A DNA stretch of 64,000 nt from Dimorphilus gyrociliatus (taxonomy: Eukaryota; Animalia; Annelida), in NCBI GenBank assembly GCA_904063045.1, contig CAJFCJ010000009.1:848942-912941 (forward strand), read 5' to 3'. Under the pieces are notes generated by a model, which searched no databases, had not been told where the DNA came from, and was given only the letters and a program-made list of their open reading frames with translations. Below are positions 62,601 through 64,000 of the stretch, piece after piece. Both the position numbers and the translations under genes were made by a program. How positions within the stretch are numbered: position 1 is the stretch's first letter; every line of letters begins with the position of its first letter.

Positions 62601-63957
62601 TCTTCAATTTTTAAGTTTGGCTTATTGCCATAATTATACGGATAAAGGTTTGTCAATGTTGTCAAAAAGTCCTGGTGCCTTAAAACTAGCTTATTTAGAT
62701 ATTTCGGGTTGTATGCAAGTTTGTAATTTCTATTTTCTTTTAACCCGTTACAGTTTTACTGATAAATGTTATATTTATATATAGATAACACCCGACGGTT
62801 TTCGTTATTTGGCAGATGGTTGCTCAAATCTGCAAAGTATTATCTTAAATGATATGCCTACTTTATCGGACGAATGCCTTAATTCAATTGCTTCAAAATG
62901 TTCAAGAATAAGGAATTTTTCGGCATTGGGTGTTAATCAGCTAACTGACGAAGCATTTAAAGCTTTTTCACAAAAGAATAAAAGACTACAAAAGGTCAAA
63001 CTAAGCCAAAACCCAAAATTGACTGATGTAACTTTTAAACACTTGGCAAAGAACTGTACATTAGAAGTGAAATATTTATGCATAACTGATTGCTATACTT
63101 TAACGGATTCAGCTTTAAAATGGATTAGAGATTGTAAATATCTTACGGTACTAAATCTGGCAAACTGTGTTAGAATTTCCGATGCCGGTGTAAAAGCAAT
63201 AGTCGAATCTTCAGTTGGACCAAAATTAAAAGAACTAAATCTTACAAATTGCGTTAGAGTTGGAGACTTGGCTGTTATAGCTATTCATAAAAGGTGCCAA
63301 AGTTTGTCATATTTAAGTCTTTGTTACTGCGATCATATAGATCATGCTGGAATTGATTTGTTAGGCCTAATATACTCTCTAACTTCTCTTGATATTACTG
63401 GATGCCAGTGTACAGATCAGGAATTGTCAGCTTTGGGTCATAGTTCAAAGATAAGATATTTAACGTTATCTGAATGTGAACAAATAACTGATCTTGGTAT
63501 CCAAAAAGTTGCACAAATCTCAGCTTTAGAGTATTTGGACATTTCTCATTGCGATTTACTGACCGATTCGGGAATTAAGAATTTGGCCTTTTGCTGCAGA
63601 ATGCTAACAAACTTGAACATATCCGGCTGTAAAAAATTGACTGACCATTCTGTTCAGTATATATCTGGTGTATGTCATTATCTTCTGATACTAAGCTTGA
63701 ACGGACTATTGGGACTTTCGGATAAATCTCTAAAATTTATCAAAAGAGGGTGCAGGCGTTTACAAGTATTGAACATTTTCTATTGTTGTAATATGACAAA
63801 GTAAGTACAACTGTAAACTATTAAATTCATGAAGATATTCCTCGTCTCTTTACTATAATCTTTATTTATCAACAGACCAGCAGTTGCTAAAATGAAACGT
63901 TATGTGCCAACAGTTAACTTTAGCGATGAACTACCTCCTAGTACATTTTCGTATTAA
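59622..63957 (+). CDS. FBXL13: F-box/LRR protein 13 (nexin-dynein regulatory complex subunit DRC6); multi-exon
   Basis: N-terminal docking-like LKKYLKDHRLTDIYE|ALLTGLAVMTPKNPYEFL; F-box DDLSMLPRHVAIK|ILSHL...CRSWKVIAQSSQLWS; many cysteine-containing LRRs; stop at 63955-63957. Confidence 0.88.
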
Positions 63958-64000
63958 AACAATCTTATTGGTTATCTAAATTCGATCTCTTTTTATCTTT

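Overview
This is eukaryotic nuclear DNA from a very compact, AT-rich animal genome, not a prokaryote. Most GT-AG introns are about 50-65 nt and intergenic gaps are mostly a few hundred bp. The motile-cilium genes CFAP91 and FBXL13 and a ShKT protein point to a ciliated invertebrate; a miniaturised spiralian such as the annelid Dimorphilus would fit, but that is inference only. By splicing exons by hand I can support about 31 protein-coding genes: YARS2 (3' end truncated by the window), SCYL1, an ASDURF-like prefoldin ORF with an overlapping orphan ORF, PSMC4/Rpt3, a centrosomin/CDK5RAP2-family gene with a nested antisense GDPD gene, URM1, a SAM methyltransferase, SRP9, ZC3H14, FOXRED1, a ZYG11/ZER1-like LRR gene, an ATF3-like bZIP, MTRES1, WBP11, GOLGA1, an ETAA1-like gene, ICMT, CFAP91, DAD1, an orphan, RNASEH2B, SPTSSA, a C1orf131-like gene, PCNP, a secreted SUEL-ShKT protein, SNRPA, TRMO, TVP23 and FBXL13. 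Several of these (URM1, SPTSSA, SRP9, PCNP, ASDURF-like, most of the bZIP and RNASEH2B) are missing from the ORF track because their exons are short. I recognised no rRNA, tRNA, CRISPR array or intact transposon. The most interesting signals are: (1) an overlapping two-ORF unit whose downstream ORF resembles the PAQosome subunit ASDURF; (2) candidate 9-66 nt cassette and microexons inside the unusually long introns of the centrosomin and FBXL13 genes; (3) an invertebrate ETAA1-like ATR activator; (4) a possible alternative C-terminus of CFAP91 that would skip a tandem-repeat PKA-site tail; (5) the nested intronless GDPD gene. All exon models were read by eye and need RNA-seq confirmation. CDS coordinates are gene spans that include introns.
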